Of a stretch of DNA of 64,000 nucleotides, positions 62,541-64,000 are shown piece by piece. The translations under genes and the position numbers were made by a program. Where the stretch lies: assembly GCA_963717465.1 (NCBI GenBank), contig OY970340.1:2752001-2816000 (forward strand), written 5' to 3'. The notes under the pieces are model-generated. The model was not told the DNA's origin. It made no database searches and worked only from the letters and a program-made list of their open reading frames with translations. Position 1 is the stretch's first letter, and the number at the start of each line of letters is the position of its first letter. This stretch comes from Candidatus Bathyarchaeota archaeon (GTDB taxonomy: Archaea; Thermoproteota; Bathyarchaeia; Bathyarchaeales; Bathycorpusculaceae).

Positions 62541-63194
62541 TTAAGTTTTGCCTGTGAGCATTCTTGCCTTCTTGATTGCGTCTCCGCAGTCTGCGCCCCA
62601 AGCATCAGCCTTAATCCGCTTGCAGAAATCATCAGTCATCGGAGTACCACCAACAAGAACCTTGTACTTCTTTCGTAACCCACGCTCAACAAGCGTATCA
62701 ACAAGCGCTCTCTGATAAGACATACTGCTAGTCATCAACGCACCCATAGCAACAATGTTCGCATGGACTTCTTCAGCTTTTTTAACATAGTCCTCAGTCG
62801 GAATCTCTTCACCCAAATCATGAACCTCAAAACCGTCTGTTCGCAACATGTCCGCAATCAAGTTCTTGCCAATACTGTGAATATCACCAAAAGCCGTACC
62901 AATAACAACTACACCTTTCGGCTTAGGCAACTGATCCTTAGGATACTTCTCCTTCAAATAATTAACAGCAGCAGTCATCGCATTAGCAGCCATAATCACA
63001 TAAGGCAACGGATACTCAAAACGACCAAACCGGTCACCAACCTCCTTAATACCAACAGACAAGCCTTTCTCGATAGCCTCCATAATCTCCAGCTTATTCT
63101 CAACAGCTTCTTTAGCCGCTACAACAGCCGCATCCTCATTATAGTCAATAATAGCCTTAGCAAGGTGTTCAAGAACTTCAGCCTTAGTCACCAT
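62541..63194 (-). CDS. Methyltransferase cognate corrinoid protein (MttC/MtbC-like)
   Basis: N-terminal cap domain plus GDIHSIGKN B12-binding DxHxxG, GALMT, VGG. Confidence 0.92.
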   Translation of the reverse strand: MVTKAEVLEHLAKAIIDYNEDAAVVAAKEAVENKLEIMEAIEKGLSVGIKEVGDRFGRFEYPLPYVIMAANAMTAAVNYLKEKYPKDQLPKPKGVVVIGTAFGDIHSIGKNLIADMLRTDGFEVHDLGEEIPTEDYVKKAEEVHANIVAMGALMTSSMSYQRALVDTLVERGLRKKYKVLVGGTPMTDDFCKRIKADAWGADCGDAIKKARMLTGKT

Positions 63195-63217
63195 AAATGA
63201 ATCCCTTCCATGTCTCC

Positions 63218-64000
63218 TTAGAATCTTGCACCAGTTCCTGACTTGTCTACTGTATAGCCGCCGATTTGCAGCACCTTGTCCCATTTAGCTACGATTTCAT
63301 TCATTCTATTTGCTACGTCCTTTGGTGGCAATGGAGCAGGGAATTCTTTAATGATCTTTTGAGTCAGAGCATATGCACGATCGTCCATGTTAAGCTTGTC
63401 CTCGATCCATCGCAGATATTGCCTAGTTTCATACAAGCCATAGCCCTGTCGCATTGGGAAGAAGCTTAAGTCTGCCATGCGTCGTAGTACATCCGGTTCC
63501 CTCATGAAGTCTCCTCTGGGAGTCTTCTTAAGCCAGGTGTTAAACTTGTATGAGTCAGCAGAAAAGTCCAAGTCTTTCATATACCAAGAAAAGACGCCAA
63601 TCATTTCTGCGTTCATAGCATACCCCTCCATCCTGATGCCATTTGGACCCACGGTTGGACTCCAACATCCAGCCTCATCAGTGCCATTTATAAGAGCATT
63701 GAACATAGTCCAAGCTGCTATCCCAGCTTGCGTATCCGAACCACCAGTTAAACCACCGATAACGATGCCGGGCCACATTGTAGCTTTCGGTGTAGGGAAA
63801 TTACGGTGCCAGAAATTAACGTGAAGAGCTTGCGCCTTCTGGAACTGTTCACCAGCGGAACATAACATTTGGGTGTATGGATCCATAGCCATCACCAAGT
63901 CGTAGGTCATAACCGGAATGCGCCCTTTAGCAATTCCGTTCTTTCCTAGAGCTAAACCCACCGCCATTGACATTGACGTTGCAACAGTCACTGCGTAAGC
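63218..64000 (-). CDS. Trimethylamine methyltransferase (MttB) superfamily homolog, C-terminal part, no pyrrolysine
   Basis: DTQAG motif, NAEMI, PRGDF, PAPLP C-terminal pattern; directly upstream of a corrinoid protein; 5' end outside window. Confidence 0.65.
   Translation of the reverse strand, partial: AYAVTVATSMSMAVGLALGKNGIAKGRIPVMTYDLVMAMDPYTQMLCSAGEQFQKAQALHVNFWHRNFPTPKATMWPGIVIGGLTGGSDTQAGIAAWTMFNALINGTDEAGCWSPTVGPNGIRMEGYAMNAEMIGVFSWYMKDLDFSADSYKFNTWLKKTPRGDFMREPDVLRRMADLSFFPMRQGYGLYETRQYLRWIEDKLNMDDRAYALTQKIIKEFPAPLPPKDVANRMNEIVAKWDKVLQIGGYTVDKSGTGARF

Noticed and set aside
1214..63824. Numerous antisense or nested short ORFs in the ORF track
   Set aside because: Shadows of well-supported genes on the opposite strand or in another frame, with no motifs of their own
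49937..64000. Pyrrolysine (amber) readthrough in MtmB/MttB homologs
   Set aside because: No in-frame TAG in either ORF across the expected Pyl position; no pyl genes seen

Overview
Archaeal chromosome segment, most likely TACK/Bathyarchaeia. This is inferred from archaeal-type ribosomal proteins (eL19, eL32, eS4), Rpp29, TrmY, aEF-2, Nip7 and pyrrolysine-free MtmB/MttB homologs. Single-base frameshifts occur even in essential genes (uL5, eS4, uS17), so most split ORFs are probably long-read indel errors. Core content: glmM-glmU, tRNA-Thr(CGT), thiL, trmY, a uL22-to-uL30 ribosomal protein operon, EF-2 and NOP2-Nip7. Accessory highlights: (1) a four-gene Ubl-E2-JAB-E1 operon (28578-31241) in the gene order of the bacterial Bil antiviral ubiquitination system; its ubiquitin-like protein ends in Val-Ala where ubiquitin has Gly-Gly, and a radical SAM gene is transcribed divergently from it. 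(2) An intact 7477-bp single-transposase IS6-family cargo transposon (53162-60638) with 24-bp terminal inverted repeats, symmetric subterminal repeats and an 8-bp target duplication, carrying a nuclease-MTase + S restriction module, an EVE protein and a TA pair. (3) A six-copy promoter motif (TTTGTGGC-N28-CTTAARTAT) in front of a flavin/molybdopterin/methyltransferase catabolic region. (4) A duplicated candidate structured small RNA with compensatory base changes, downstream of two of those promoters. (5) A 750-bp VapBC-only islet integrated in tRNA-Thr.
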